IMG/VR virus record: IMGVR_UViG_3300027956_000010
Coordinates: 1-57,601 of that record
Strand: one strand, 5' to 3'
DNA length: 57,601 bases
Source: a virus
Lineage: Duplodnaviria > Caudoviricetes
Shown here: positions 27,394 to 40,200 of the stretch, in pieces
Position numbering within the stretch: the stretch's first letter is position 1
Layout of the letters: each line of letters begins with the position of its first letter
Made by a program: the position numbers and the translations under genes
Notes under the pieces: model-generated
What the model saw: the letters and a program-made list of their open reading frames with translations, nothing else
What the model was told of the DNA's origin: nothing
Databases searched by the model: none

Positions 27394-28304
27394 TGGCAAA
27401 GAAGTTAACATCCGCAAAAGCTAAAGAAATCCTACGCGATAAAAGCGTGCATGGAAATCCTTTGACAGAGAAGCAACGTAAGTTCTTTGGTGCTATTGCA
27501 GGAGGTGCTAAACCTTATAAGGCTGAAGATGGTGGTTGGTTAGATAAGTATGAGCAAGGAGGACTAGTGTTGAAGCAGAAGACTCACGATAACTATGGTA
27601 AAAAGCCTAATGCTAACGAGTCTAATGTAACACTTCCTCCTGGTTTTAAAGGATGGGCATACAACACCAAAGGACGTAACTACAGCCCTGCATGGGGTGG
27701 TCAGTTTCAAGATGGTGGTAACTTAAGACCTGCTATGGCTGGAGCGCCTCAACCTATGCCACTAGCTCAATTGGGAGATAGTGTTAAACCCATCCCAATG
27801 CAACTAGCTATGGGAGGGTCTATGCCTGGTGCTGTGGGATTCATGTATGCACGTACACAGAGTCCTGCTCCTAGCAATGGTCCTTATGCTAAGAAAACCA
27901 AGGCTAGTGCACAGAATGGACAAGAGATGAAATACTACCAAGAAGGCTTGGATTTCAAACCTAAGACTATAAGTCAGGATGGTTCAGAAATACCTGTAGA
28001 CTCTATGGGTTATTGGAACCCTGAGAACTGGGGCAGTCCTGTAACCATCCCATCAAATCAAATCACTATGGAGGGAGTGTATGAGCCGCTAGTTGGAATC
28101 TCTGATACAGGAGATGTTCAATATATGGAACCTGGAGAGGATTATGAATTTGACGGGGAGTATGTTACAGAGTATCCTGTGGCTAGAGGTGGTGTTAGTG
28201 TAAATAATGCTGATGCTCAACCTATTGAAAAGCTAGACCAATTGCTTAACTTTACAAATTATAATAAACCAACCAAGGGTGGCTGGTTAGATAAATACCA
28301 ATAA
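27393..28304 (+). CDS. Putative internal virion (cargo) protein with repeated xxxG(G) motifs
   Basis: AEDGG, YEQGG, FQDGG, LAMGG, AQNG, SQDG, ARGG; GGWLDKY occurs twice. Confidence 0.6.
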   Translation: MAKKLTSAKAKEILRDKSVHGNPLTEKQRKFFGAIAGGAKPYKAEDGGWLDKYEQGGLVLKQKTHDNYGKKPNANESNVTLPPGFKGWAYNTKGRNYSPAWGGQFQDGGNLRPAMAGAPQPMPLAQLGDSVKPIPMQLAMGGSMPGAVGFMYARTQSPAPSNGPYAKKTKASAQNGQEMKYYQEGLDFKPKTISQDGSEIPVDSMGYWNPENWGSPVTIPSNQITMEGVYEPLVGISDTGDVQYMEPGEDYEFDGEYVTEYPVARGGVSVNNADAQPIEKLDQLLNFTNYNKPTKGGWLDKYQ

Positions 28305-28305
28305 C

Positions 28306-31300
28306 ATGAAAAAAGAGATGCTCAAAATTGCTGGTGTTAAGTCTGAAAAGGAATTCTACAAGAAGTTTCCTACAGAAGAAGCATTTATGGCTAAACATGG
28401 TAAGGCTTTTAAGAAAGCTCAGATTGGCACATATATGACAAGTAGTGAGGCTCCAGCTCCTTTTGTTCCCTTAGATGCATACGAAATGCAGTCTGATATC
28501 AATTATGCTATAACAGGCATGACAGACGCTGAACGTAGAGAACTTGCTGCTCTTCAGGCACAAGAACCTGCTAAGAAAGGTAAGAAGATTCCAAAAGCAC
28601 AGCCTGGTTTCCAGCAATATGCAAATACTCAGTTTGGTTTTCAGGGAACACCTCGTATCCCAACTGGTGGTTTACCTAGGATACAGACACCCAGTATGCA
28701 ACAGTTGACTAGTAGAATGCCTTCTCAAACTGTTACACCTAGTTCTACACCCACAGCTGCTGCTGCTGGATCATTTGATGCCATGCCTTATTTACAGTCT
28801 GCTACTGATGTTATAAAAGGTGCACAGATGATGTCACAGCAACAGGATCTTCTTGAAGAAGCTGAGCAACAAGCAGCGCTTTCAGGAGTGTTTTCTCAAG
28901 CTGCTATGAGCAGACCTGTACAACAGCCTAGAAGACAATATGTTAGACCTGAAGATGTAATATTACAACCACAACAAATGTTTCCTTCCTATGGAGTGGG
29001 TACAAATGTGCTTGCTCAAGATGGTGCAATGATTGGTGGTAATCCTACAGAGATTATGAATGTATATAATCCTGGTACAATGTATACAGATCTTGGATAT
29101 GAGCCTTTGAATGACAGCAATAAAGTGAAAGCCTTTAAGAAGGGTGGTAAGTTAAAGCAAGCTCAGTCTGGATGGATGCAGGGTACAGGATTTGGAAACT
29201 TTATGACAGGTGGTGGTGGAGCTGGACTTCAGAACATTGGTATGTCACTAGGTGTTGGTGATGATGCAGGAGGTAGTATAGGTAAAGGTCTTGGTACAGC
29301 TGCTGGTACAGCACTTGGAGGACCTGTTGGTGGAATGGTAGGAGGACTTCTTGGAGGTGCTCTTGGAGATGTTCTTGATCCTTTTGAAAGAAAGATGAGA
29401 CAGTTCCAGCAAACTAACCAACGAAACATAAACAACATCATGGGCCAGTCTGCAGGTTATGCTATCCAGAATCAGTTTGGATTAAAAGAGGGTGGTGATG
29501 TTTCTCCTTATGAGTGGATGAGTCATACATGGCAGCCTCAGGTAATTACAACCTTTGGAGAGCATAAAGTGAAAGATCTTCTCAAACCCCCAGCTGATGC
29601 TGATATGCTCAGAGCTGGTGGTCACTTAAAAGAATATACCCCTCCTAGTGCTAGAGCTATGTTTACAGGAAGACCTGAAATGCAAATGGGTGGTGAGCTT
29701 GAAACACACTGGGGTGGATATGCTGAAACTCTATCCGAGAATCCTTATCTTCCTGAGGGAGGAGAAACTATCATGTTCAGAGGACAATCTCATGATGAGT
29801 CTGATGGAAAAGGAAACACAGGTATCGGCATCACCTATGGTGAAAATCCTGTAGAGGTAGAGCGTGGAGAACCAGCTGTAAAGTTACAAGATGGCACCAC
29901 TGGAGATTCTAACCTCACTGTATTTGGTAATATCAAAATCACAAACGCATTTGCAGATATGCTAGGAGATACTAAAGCTAAGGGTAAGAAATTCAAGACC
30001 TACGTGGCTGATCTTTCTAAACAAGAGAACAAGCAGAACAAGCTGATTGACAAGTCAGTAGAACAACTTGATAGTCTGGATGTACAGACCTCTTTTGACA
30101 AGCTTGCTCTTGGAACTCTCAAAGCAAATATGGAAGGTGCTAACGCAAAACTTAAAGAATTGGCAAACAAAAAGATAAACGCTGCTTCTCTCCAGAATGC
30201 TATCAATGATACAAAAGAAGAAGAGCTTGTAAAGATTACAGACAAAGGTGATGTTTTGGCTAAGAAGGGAGCTAGTGTTCCTAAAGCTCAGTTTGGTATA
30301 GCTGTTCCACAATCTGGACTTCTTCCTTATCAAATGGTTCCACCCACAGCAGCACCTGTGCGTGATTCAGTTTCTTCTCAAAGAGTAGCTAGTGGTCCTA
30401 CAGATGACGGATATGTAAGTAGATATGGACTTCAGCCTTGGAAAGGAAATGTAACAGGACTTGGTATGGCTACAGCTTCTGAACTTTCTGCAAGAGAGTG
30501 GGATAGAGTGGCTGATGCTCTTGGATTTAAGGGTAAAGGTAATAAAGAATTCCAAGAGTTTCTACTTAGTAATCCTAAATCAAAACCTCTAATTGAAGCT
30601 AGACATAAAGCTTTGTATGGTAAAGAACCTTTTGTAGATCAGAAACTTGGTGCTGGATGGCAGGGTGTTGGTGAGTTAATTAGGCCTGCAACAGGAGGTC
30701 TTCCTCGTGAATTAAGAAAGATTCCTGCAGCTGTTCCTCCTAAAGTTTCGCCACTTCCTTCAAAAACTATTACTCCTGAGGTGGAGACAACACCCAAGTC
30801 TAGACTAAGCGCTCTTTCTTACTTGAATCAACTACTACCTTACCTAAGACCTTCTGATGCTGAATTACTAGATACTAATCAGTTATTGGGCGAGATGTAT
30901 GCATTGTCTCAGAACCAAGTAGAACCTGTACCTGCTCAGAAGTTTATTCCTGAGCTTGGTGTGCCTATGGATATATCTTTGCAAGATATTCTAAATGCTA
31001 ATCAGGCTGACTATAATGCCACTGCAAGAGTTACAGGATACAATCCTGCTGCTCTAGCTTCTCTGAATGCTCAGAAGTATGCAGCTAACCAGAAAGTGTT
31101 AGGTGAACAGTTCAGACTGAACCAGGCTGAGAAGCAAAGAGTATATGGAGAGAATAGAAATTTGCTCAACCAAGCTAAGCTCCAGAACTTACAAATCCTT
31201 GATACTCAGGCACAAAGACAGGCTCAAGCACTTTCTAACACTAAGGCTACAACACAGGCTGCTCTTAATTCTATCGCTTCTAAGTATGCTCAAAACAAGC

Positions 31301-31560
31301 TAGAGAACAGAACCTTGGCTACTTATGAGAACATGTATAACTACCGCTTCGATCCTAGATTCAGAGCTGTAAACATGAACCCTCTTCAGGAATTTAATAT
31401 GGAAGGATCTCTTTCTTCAGGTAAAGGATCTGATGCTAGTCTTGCTCCTGGATATGAGCATTTATACGATGCTTCTGGACGAGTGGTTAGTACTAGAAAA
31501 AAAGGCAAAAGTGATGAGTCAAGAAATGGTTCTATTGTAAAAGCATTAAAAAATATCTAA
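28306..31560 (+). CDS. Putative cargo/ejection protein with glycine-zipper membrane segment
   Basis: GKGLGTAAGTALGGPVGGMVGGLLGGALG; GQSHDE...VEVERGE motif; Q/A/N-rich coiled-coil C-terminus; many xxxG(G) motifs. Confidence 0.65.
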   Translation: MKKEMLKIAGVKSEKEFYKKFPTEEAFMAKHGKAFKKAQIGTYMTSSEAPAPFVPLDAYEMQSDINYAITGMTDAERRELAALQAQEPAKKGKKIPKAQPGFQQYANTQFGFQGTPRIPTGGLPRIQTPSMQQLTSRMPSQTVTPSSTPTAAAAGSFDAMPYLQSATDVIKGAQMMSQQQDLLEEAEQQAALSGVFSQAAMSRPVQQPRRQYVRPEDVILQPQQMFPSYGVGTNVLAQDGAMIGGNPTEIMNVYNPGTMYTDLGYEPLNDSNKVKAFKKGGKLKQAQSGWMQGTGFGNFMTGGGGAGLQNIGMSLGVGDDAGGSIGKGLGTAAGTALGGPVGGMVGGLLGGALGDVLDPFERKMRQFQQTNQRNINNIMGQSAGYAIQNQFGLKEGGDVSPYEWMSHTWQPQVITTFGEHKVKDLLKPPADADMLRAGGHLKEYTPPSARAMFTGRPEMQMGGELETHWGGYAETLSENPYLPEGGETIMFRGQSHDESDGKGNTGIGITYGENPVEVERGEPAVKLQDGTTGDSNLTVFGNIKITNAFADMLGDTKAKGKKFKTYVADLSKQENKQNKLIDKSVEQLDSLDVQTSFDKLALGTLKANMEGANAKLKELANKKINAASLQNAINDTKEEELVKITDKGDVLAKKGASVPKAQFGIAVPQSGLLPYQMVPPTAAPVRDSVSSQRVASGPTDDGYVSRYGLQPWKGNVTGLGMATASELSAREWDRVADALGFKGKGNKEFQEFLLSNPKSKPLIEARHKALYGKEPFVDQKLGAGWQGVGELIRPATGGLPRELRKIPAAVPPKVSPLPSKTITPEVETTPKSRLSALSYLNQLLPYLRPSDAELLDTNQLLGEMYALSQNQVEPVPAQKFIPELGVPMDISLQDILNANQADYNATARVTGYNPAALASLNAQKYAANQKVLGEQFRLNQAEKQRVYGENRNLLNQAKLQNLQILDTQAQRQAQALSNTKATTQAALNSIASKYAQNKLENRTLATYENMYNYRFDPRFRAVNMNPLQEFNMEGSLSSGKGSDASLAPGYEHLYDASGRVVSTRKKGKSDESRNGSIVKALKNI

Positions 31561-31600
31561 CTAACTCAGTTATAGTGAATTACCAAAACTAGTTAGTTCT

Positions 31601-31632
31601 CTTGGAAATTATAATTCTTTCTATTACATTTG
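31601..31632 (+). promoter_or_regulatory. Bacteroidota-type promoter for the giant-gene block
   Basis: CTTG (31601-04), 20-nt spacer, TACATTTG (31625-32), 14 nt before ATG 31647. Confidence 0.7.
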
Positions 31633-31646
31633 TAACTTAATGATAT

Positions 31647-34256
31647 ATGGCATCTTATACCGACATAATACCCCAGTTTAACCCTTACATTCAGCAGCTT
31701 CCTGTGGAGGCTATGGTGTCTGTGGGTATGCAAAAGCAGGCTCAATATGATGCTGGTGTACAAAAGATCCAGAGCTATATTGACAATGTGGCTGGTTTGG
31801 ATATTGCCAATCCTGCTCAAAAGCAATATTTGCAGTCTAAGCTTAACCAATTAGGTAATGATTTGAGAATTGTTGCAGGAGCTGACTTCTCCAACTTCCA
31901 ACTTGTTAACTCTGTAGGAGGTATGGTGACTCAGGTGAGCAAAGATCCAGTGGTTCAAAATGCTGTAGGTTCTACAGCTTTCTATAGGAAGCAGTTAGCC
32001 GAGATGGAAAAAGCTATATCTGAAGGAAAATCTTCTCAAGCTAACATCATGGATTTTACAGATAAGGCAGGTGCCTATCTAAATTCTAACGATGTAAACG
32101 CTTCCTTCAGAAGTAGATACACCCCTTATAGAGATGTTAAGAAGACAGCACTAGATGCTATCAAACTCCTTCACCCAAAGCTCCAGGAATATGACGTTCC
32201 TTTTGAGGTGATTGATGGTAAGATAAACACACAGAAGATAGCAGACGCTATGAAGCGTTATAAGATTGAGGGCATTGATGAGGGACAGATCAAGGCTGCT
32301 ATCAATGCGTCTCTCACTCCAGATGATATCAATCAACTTGACATTGATGCTAGATATCAGTTTAGGGGAGTGGGCACTGACCAACTTGTTTCAAGAGCTC
32401 GTTTGAGCTATGATGCTCAAAGAGCTGATGCAATAGAAACTCTTGACTATCTGAAGGGTCAAAAGAAGATAGTAACTGATCCCACTGAGTCTCAAAAAAT
32501 TGATCAAAGAATTGCTTACCTAGATAAGCTTCTAGGAAAAGATGGTACACCTGGAGAGCTTGATGATGAACTAAAGAAGAACCTGGAATTAGTAAGAACT
32601 AACCCAGATGCTGTAAAAGCTTCTATATACAAGGATGGGTTTGTAAAAGAGTTTGCAAATGCTTTCTCTTGGAAGCAACAGTCTGTGCAATATGTAGATA
32701 ATCCCATGAAGAAAGTGCAGCAATGGAATGAAGAGATGCGCTTGAAGTGGACTACAGAGAAACGTCAAGCTTATGAGTTTGGTATTGAAACTGAACTTAA
32801 ACAGCAAGAACTTCAACTTAAAGCTACAGAAAATGCACTTAAGCGTGCTGAGCTTTATGGAGATCCCACCATGTCACCAGCTGTATCTTTAGGAACTCCT
32901 ACAGATGCTAGAAACAATGCTGACAAACTTGTTCTAGATTTCACTGAAAAGACCATGGGTAGTATCAATGGTCTAAGACAAGGATTGATTAATAAAGGAT
33001 TGACAAATGGTGAAATAGATGCAATCCTTGATGACTATAAGAATAATACTAATAAGGCTACTAAGAAACCAGCATGGGCCCTAGGGTCTGTTATGGAAAT
33101 TCTTAGACAGACTAATACATTACAAGCTATCCAGGACAGAGATGAAGAGGCTAAAGCACAAGCTAAAGCTGATGTGTACAAAAATAATGAAACTGCAATT
33201 GCTACACGAGAGGCTGTTAGAAGACAACTTGATGCTGGTGGAGCAGTGAACTTACAATTCTATATGCCTGGTCAGGGCGTCACATCTGTTGCTAAAACTC
33301 CAAGTCAAATCATTAGTGATATTGAAACTGGTAAAGCTTCTCTTAGTGTGGATAGAGCACCTCTTGGAAAGATTCGTCTTAACTATACACTTCCAAATGG
33401 CAAACAAGCCACTGTGGAAATGAGTAAAAGAACTCTTGGAGCAGATGTTATTGGTGGTGCTGAAATGAGAAAAGCTCTTTTAAATGTTCATGAATACTAC
33501 AACAAGTATCGTGACTTTGATAAGAACATTAATAAATCTATAGATGAGAAGTACAAGGACATCATGGCCCCTATTGCTAATGATCTTCTTCCTACCATAA
33601 AGGCTGTTTCTACAGGAAAGTCAAAAGAGATTCCTCCTGTAGTAGCTGCTAATCTAAGTGGATTGTTAACAGGAGCTAATGAAAAAGGAATTGCTGCTGA
33701 TAATAACTTTAATTTAGGTACAGCATCTGGTTTCTTAGCTGGTGAAAATCTTAAGGACACTAGACTATTTGTGCATCAATCTGGTAATGACTTTGAGTTG
33801 TGGTTAAAGAATGAGAAAGATCCTACAAACATTCAGAAACTTAAGCTAGATAAAGGAACGATTGATAAGGTGTTGAACAACAGTGGGTATACAGATGATA
33901 ATGTGCAAGCTGCACGAATGCTTCGTTTTGGAAAAGGTAGTACTAATCCAACAGGTAATCCTGACCGCGCATTCATGCAAAAGTCCTTCGGAGACTTCCC
34001 AAGAGTAACTGACTTCCAGATAAATGCTGACCTTACAGGGGATGCAATTAATTCTGATCTATTTGTACCTACCATATTCCTAAAATCAAAGGTCGGAGAA
34101 TGGGTTCCTTTTGAGATATCAGGAATGGGTGGTCTTCAAAGAGTTGGATATGATCAGGGTAGAAAGCAACTTAACACATTAACTAATAATGAGTTGCGTT
34201 CAATGTTAAGACTTCAGTATCCTAGTTACGACTTTTCTAATATAGCAGGCTTTTAA
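31647..34256 (+). CDS. Putative cargo/ejection protein preceding the RNAP
   Basis: N-terminal FNPYIQQLP..KQAQYD and helical composition; synteny. Confidence 0.6.
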   Translation: MASYTDIIPQFNPYIQQLPVEAMVSVGMQKQAQYDAGVQKIQSYIDNVAGLDIANPAQKQYLQSKLNQLGNDLRIVAGADFSNFQLVNSVGGMVTQVSKDPVVQNAVGSTAFYRKQLAEMEKAISEGKSSQANIMDFTDKAGAYLNSNDVNASFRSRYTPYRDVKKTALDAIKLLHPKLQEYDVPFEVIDGKINTQKIADAMKRYKIEGIDEGQIKAAINASLTPDDINQLDIDARYQFRGVGTDQLVSRARLSYDAQRADAIETLDYLKGQKKIVTDPTESQKIDQRIAYLDKLLGKDGTPGELDDELKKNLELVRTNPDAVKASIYKDGFVKEFANAFSWKQQSVQYVDNPMKKVQQWNEEMRLKWTTEKRQAYEFGIETELKQQELQLKATENALKRAELYGDPTMSPAVSLGTPTDARNNADKLVLDFTEKTMGSINGLRQGLINKGLTNGEIDAILDDYKNNTNKATKKPAWALGSVMEILRQTNTLQAIQDRDEEAKAQAKADVYKNNETAIATREAVRRQLDAGGAVNLQFYMPGQGVTSVAKTPSQIISDIETGKASLSVDRAPLGKIRLNYTLPNGKQATVEMSKRTLGADVIGGAEMRKALLNVHEYYNKYRDFDKNINKSIDEKYKDIMAPIANDLLPTIKAVSTGKSKEIPPVVAANLSGLLTGANEKGIAADNNFNLGTASGFLAGENLKDTRLFVHQSGNDFELWLKNEKDPTNIQKLKLDKGTIDKVLNNSGYTDDNVQAARMLRFGKGSTNPTGNPDRAFMQKSFGDFPRVTDFQINADLTGDAINSDLFVPTIFLKSKVGEWVPFEISGMGGLQRVGYDQGRKQLNTLTNNELRSMLRLQYPSYDFSNIAGF

Positions 34257-34268
34257 AATATTTAAGAC

Positions 34269-37200
34269 ATGCCAGGTTTTGATAAAAACTTGAATCCCCT
34301 ACTTACTAATACTAACACAGAACTTCCTGAGTTAGACAACCCGTCTTCCAATGTAAATCGTGGAAGTGTACAGGGTGGTCTTTCTGGGAATGCAGGTAAT
34401 GCGTTAGATAGATTCTTCGGTGCTGGGCCTGTGGTTACACCTATGGCTCCCACTGTAAGTGCTCAAGAACTTTATGAAAACAGAAGGTATGCTATTTATT
34501 CTCCTGATATTGTAAATATTGAGGACCAGAAAGCCTATGCTCAGTCTAACCTAGACAAAGCAGTTAATGGTCTTCTGAAGGGTGTGAACCTTGCAGCTAC
34601 CACTGTTGCTGGTAGTGTTGGTATGTTATATGGATTAGCTAAATCTCCTTTCTCAGGAAGATTTGCTGACATATGGGATAATGAGATGATGAGAGGTTTG
34701 GATGAGTGGAACAGTAAAGTGGACAATGAATATCTTCCTAACTACTACACAGATACAGAAAAGAACGCTACTTGGTACTCTACTGATAACTGGTTCAAAA
34801 CCAACTTCTTATTTGATAAACTCATCAAGAACTCTGGCTTTGCTGTGGGTGCAATGGTGAGTGGTAATATTGCTAATGCTGGACTTCTAAAAGCGGGTAG
34901 AGCACTTGGAGGACTTTTAGCTCCTAGTAGTGCTATAGCTGCTGAGTCTGCACAAGGATTTAAACTTTACACACCCTTATTAAAGAATCTATCTAGAACA
35001 TTCAGCAATGGTAAAAACATAGAAGCTGCTGCTGTTCTTGAGAAAGAGATATCTTCTATTGCAGACCTTACAACAAGAACTTCTAAGCTGGCAGACATTG
35101 CTGCTCAAACTAGTAGATTTGCACAGTTTGGTGATGAGGGAAGAAGAGCGCTCGTTGCTGCCTATTCTTCTGCAGGAGAGTCTAGCTTTGAAGCTTTGCA
35201 AACAGCTAAGGAGTATAGAGAAAATCTAATTGAACAATACAAACAAGTTAATAATGGGCAAGAGCCTGTAGGATTAGCGCTTGATGAAATCAATGCAAAG
35301 GCTGATGCTGTAGGTAAATCATCCTTCTTTGGGAACCTCGCCCTTCTGAGTGCAACAGAATTCACTCAACTTCCTTATTTACTAGGATCAACATATAGCT
35401 CCACTAAGAATGCTGCTAATAGTCTTCTTACAAAAGTGGATGATGTCATCCTAAAAGATGGAAAGTATGTAGCCAAGGCTGCAGAAAAAACTGGATTCGG
35501 AAAACTATTCCAAACATCTATGAAGGTGGGAGGATATGTGTTCGATCCTAAAGAAGCTGGTCAGGAACTTGGTCAGTTTGCTTTGCAAGTGGGTGTACAA
35601 AACTACTTTGATAAGGCAGAACAAACAGGAGATGCTAGCCTTTGGGTGGATGGATTCCTGTATGGACTTACAGGTAGAGATGACAAAGGTGAAGGTAAAG
35701 GTGCTTTTGTATCTAAAGAGGGTATGGAAAGTATGGTGCTTGGTGGCATCACTGGAGGACTCATGCAAGCTGTAGGTAAGTTTGGTGAATCCACTGCACT
35801 TGCCACTAACACACAACAATTCATCTCTGGATTGAACAATGCTCCTACATTCAAAGAAGCTTTCAAAGACAGACTTGCTTCTGTCAACAGAGGTATTGTT
35901 TTAAGAGAACAAGAACAGCAAGCAATTGTAAAAGGGGATAAACTTGAGGCTCTCGACCTTAAGAGAGACATGATGCATAACTACCTGTCTACGCGTATTA
36001 AGTATGGTAGGTTTGATATGGTGATGGATGATCTGGCTGACCTTAAAAAAGAAGGACTCACTGCTGGAGGATTAGCTAACTTAAAGTCTCAAGGCTATGC
36101 TAATATCAATGATACAGTGGACTCTTTCCAACAGAGAGTTGCCAATCTTGAGAAAGCAGCGACTGCTACTAACGAAATATACAACTCTTTAGGTATCAGA
36201 TTTGGAGGAATTACTACACCAGATGGTAAGAAGATTTACACTCCTGAGGTGCTTGATAAGATGGCATATGCCACTTCCAAGATTGCTGACTATGATGTAC
36301 GTATTCCTCAAGTGAATGCTAGACTAGCTGAGGCTGGTGTAGACACTTCTGAAATATTAACTAGCATCTTCAAAGAAGGCACACCTGTAAAAGAGGCTGT
36401 TGATAAAGCTGTTGCTGATATTTCTAACATAGATACAATTGATACAGACGGACTTCAGCAAGACTTAAGAGATGTAGTAGAACTTTCCTTACGTAGGAAG
36501 ATGTTCCTCAACGAATATAACGACATGAAGAACAATCCTCAGAAGTACACCACTCCTGAGGCAACTGCTCCTACCAACACAAGAGGTGAGAAACCTAAAG
36601 ATATCATCAAGGTGAATACCAAAGATGGTGTTAAAGATGTGGAGGTGGGTGAGACATACGTAGCTGGTGCTAAAACTATTGAAACTGTTGATGGTATCAA
36701 GGTACAGAAGTTTTCTGAGTTCCAAGTAATTGGTACAAACGAGGATGGAAACATTGTTGTGAAAACTGATGATGGTAGAAACCTAGCCATAAAGCCTGCA
36801 GTGTTTGAAGAATATATGCTCAGCAAGAAAGCTGACATGAACCGTGCTGCTAGATTCTATGTAGAAAACTCTGACAACAAATATCATTTCAGATTCAAGG
36901 GTGGTAAAGAAGCTATTGGTAAGATTGTATATGATAAAGCAACCAAGACTCTCTACTTTGAATCTGATGAGCTTAGAAAGAATGGTAAACCTAAGCACAG
37001 AATTCCTGTAAATCTAGATCAGTTCCAGATTAAACCAGGTTATGATAGTGCTCAAATCTGGACTAATAGTAAGTACTCTCCTGCATCAACTGCTATCCTT
37101 AATGAGGAAGAAACTGCTGCAGAGAAAGATGCAAGAGTTAATCTAGAGAATAAGATTGCTGCTAGAAGACAGATTATCAAGGAAGTACACGACGAGACTA

Positions 37201-40200
37201 AAGCTAAAATTGAAGAGATTGATCGTAAGATTGTAGATAAGAAAGAAGCTCTTGTTAAGCTTAATGAGGAAATTGAGACACTTGGTCAGTTCAGAGTGAA
37301 GGATAAATACAGCAATGTATCTATCATCACTGACTTTAGCAAGGTGTTTAACAGATCTATGAAGGGTCTGACAAAGCTTGCTGGACTTAGAACAGATCTT
37401 GAAAGAGAGATAGGTGAACTTGAGGCTGAGAAAGAAGCTCTTGAGTTTAACATCTCCCACTTTGAAGACTTCATGCAGAACCTAAGAGAACTGCCTGAGG
37501 ACTTCTATGACATGATGGATGAATTGGATGAGCAAATCAAAGGGCTCAAAGATCTTGCTATATCTAGTGGTAAGCAAATCAACCAGTTCTCTAAGCTATT
37601 GGATTCAGTGGAAGATACCATGAAGGATCTTCTGTCTATGTTGAAGACAGCTTTCCAAAAGTTTGACAGTCAATATCCTCAAGAGATTAGAGATAAGTTT
37701 GATGAGCTCCGTAAGTCCACCACTGTAAACTACACAGACATCCTTGGCCTTAAGGAGATGATAGAAGACTACAACTTCCTTGAGGATCTCAAGAAAGAGA
37801 TTGCTATTAGTGAGGAAGATGTTACCAACTTACGTAACAAAATCACTGACCTCTATAATCAGATTGATGAGATAGGAAAAGATCAACGTGCTAAAGAGCA
37901 AATCCTTGAGGCTTTCTACGGAGCTATGCAAAAAGAGCTTTCTAGAAAGGAAGAGGAGAAAAGTATTAAGAAGAACGAAGAGGTAATCAATCAGATATTA
38001 GGTACACTCAATCAAGGGATTGCAAATGCTCCTTATGATAGAGAATACCAACCTGATCGAAGAAAGTCTCTACGAGTAATAAATAAAGCTACCACAGCCC
38101 CTTCTGCAAGATCATTTGAAAGAGAAGGTGTGCCTCCTACAGAACATGCATTAAGAGCTAACCGTTTTGGATTTAAGTTCCCTACGCTAGCTAATAGAGC
38201 AGATGTTAAAGGAGTGGTAGTTACCAATAGCACACAGGCTCAGTTGATTCCTGGTCTTACACAGTTCCTTGCTCAGGGTAAACCTGACGTAAAACCTGAG
38301 AACACTATAGCTTTGGTGATGGCTATCCCTAGTAAGGATGGTAAGAGTTACACCTTAGTGAACGAGAATGGTGAGGCTATTCCTGGCAAAGCTGAAACAG
38401 AAACAGATGAGCAATACCAAGAGAGATTGCACAACTCAGCTGTGTTCCAAGTGTTTCCACTTAGCATAGACAACCTGTTCCCAGAATCAGTTTCTGATGA
38501 AAACGTAAGACTGCAAGTAAGTGCCAAGTTTGATCAGTTTAGAAAGGATGCTCTTGCAGCCACTACTCTGACAAACTACAATATCACAGCATCTTTTGGT
38601 ACACCTGATAGAGTGAAGGAGTTAGATGATAAAGGCACTCCTAAGGAAGACTATGTTCCTGTAAGTGTTGTAGATTCTGGTTTAGTTACACAAGCTGACC
38701 TCACTGGAAGTCCTGTATTATATGTTCCTACACTTGAAGAAAGAATCACTCGTGGATCTACCTCCTTTGGTAATGCGCTAGGTAGAGTGTTCTTACGTTT
38801 AAACAATGCGTACGTAGCACTTAATAACAGACAACATACAGCGAAAGAGGCTAACACTATCTATCAGGTGATTCACCGTTTGTCTAATATTATTGTTGAT
38901 GAGAATAAGAAAGGTAAGTTTATACTAGGCGAAAGTCCTGAAGCTCAGCGACTTATTGACTGGTTAAGAACTGTCGTATATTGGGGAAGTCCTAGAGAAG
39001 GAAAGGTGGCTGGATTTAACAGCGTTTGGTTTGAGAAAACAGAAGATGGATTTAAACTCTTCATGTCTGGAAAGCAGAATGATGAGGGTAAATATACACC
39101 TGTTTCTGAGTTCACTCCTACAGCTCTAGAGGATAACAGAGGAGTAATCACTGCTGTCCTAGAGAGAATGTTTACCAACACTAACTCTAGACTTACTGAG
39201 AATGATGCTGACTATAACAAACGTTATGAGCAGATCACAGGTATAAACCCTGATGGTACAATTGAGTCTATAATATGGCCCAACTACCAAACCTATCTAC
39301 TTTCTCCAAAACAAGCTGATGGTAAGGGCAATAGAGATGGTAAAGAGATTCCTCTCACCACCAACATTAGACCTCAAGAGGATACAAATGATGTAAATAG
39401 AAACGGTATCTATTTCATCATCAATGATGCTGACTTTGATAAGAAGTATACAGATGAAGCTCCTGTTGCTAATCCTGCTGTAACTGCACCAACTACAGCT
39501 CCTGAGAGCAAGTTCAACCTAGATGGTGTTACAGAGAACAGTGTTAAGATTGGTGATAACACAGTGGTGTTCACAGCAGATAGTAAAGACCTAGCTGGAA
39601 CTATTAAGATATCTGATAAGACTGATAAAGCATTGGTTGACAAGCTATTAGAAAGCCAACCTGATAAGGAAATGGTTATGAACACCCTTGCTCAATTTGT
39701 TATTGGTAAGGTGAAAGAAGACCAAGCTCGTGTAGCTAAAGCTGCTGTATTACAGCCAGATGTTTCTGCTCGTGCACAAGCACAAGGAACAGCTAGAACA
39801 GAACCTGTTGTTACAGCAGCTCCTGTTTCTACAGATGCTAAAGCTGATATAGAAAAACGTAGAAAAGCTGAAATAGAAAGTTTTGTTACTAAGATATTCC
39901 CTAATACCAAAGTTAAGGAGATTGTTTATCATGGAGGTCCAGATGCAGTAACTGGTAAATTTAAAGAATCATTTACTCCAGAGGGAGCTTTCTATGCAGG
40001 TATTTTCTTTTCTAACTCATTAGAGTACATTGAACAGTTAGGAAAAGATACTGGAAAAGATGTATCTAAAATTACTACAGCTGTTATTAATTCTATTGAT
40101 AATTTCAAAGTTAAAGAACCACTAAGCTATGAAGCTGGTCAATACTGGTACTTTGAACAATATGATTCAGTACAAGGTAAAGATGCTGGACAACGTGTAG

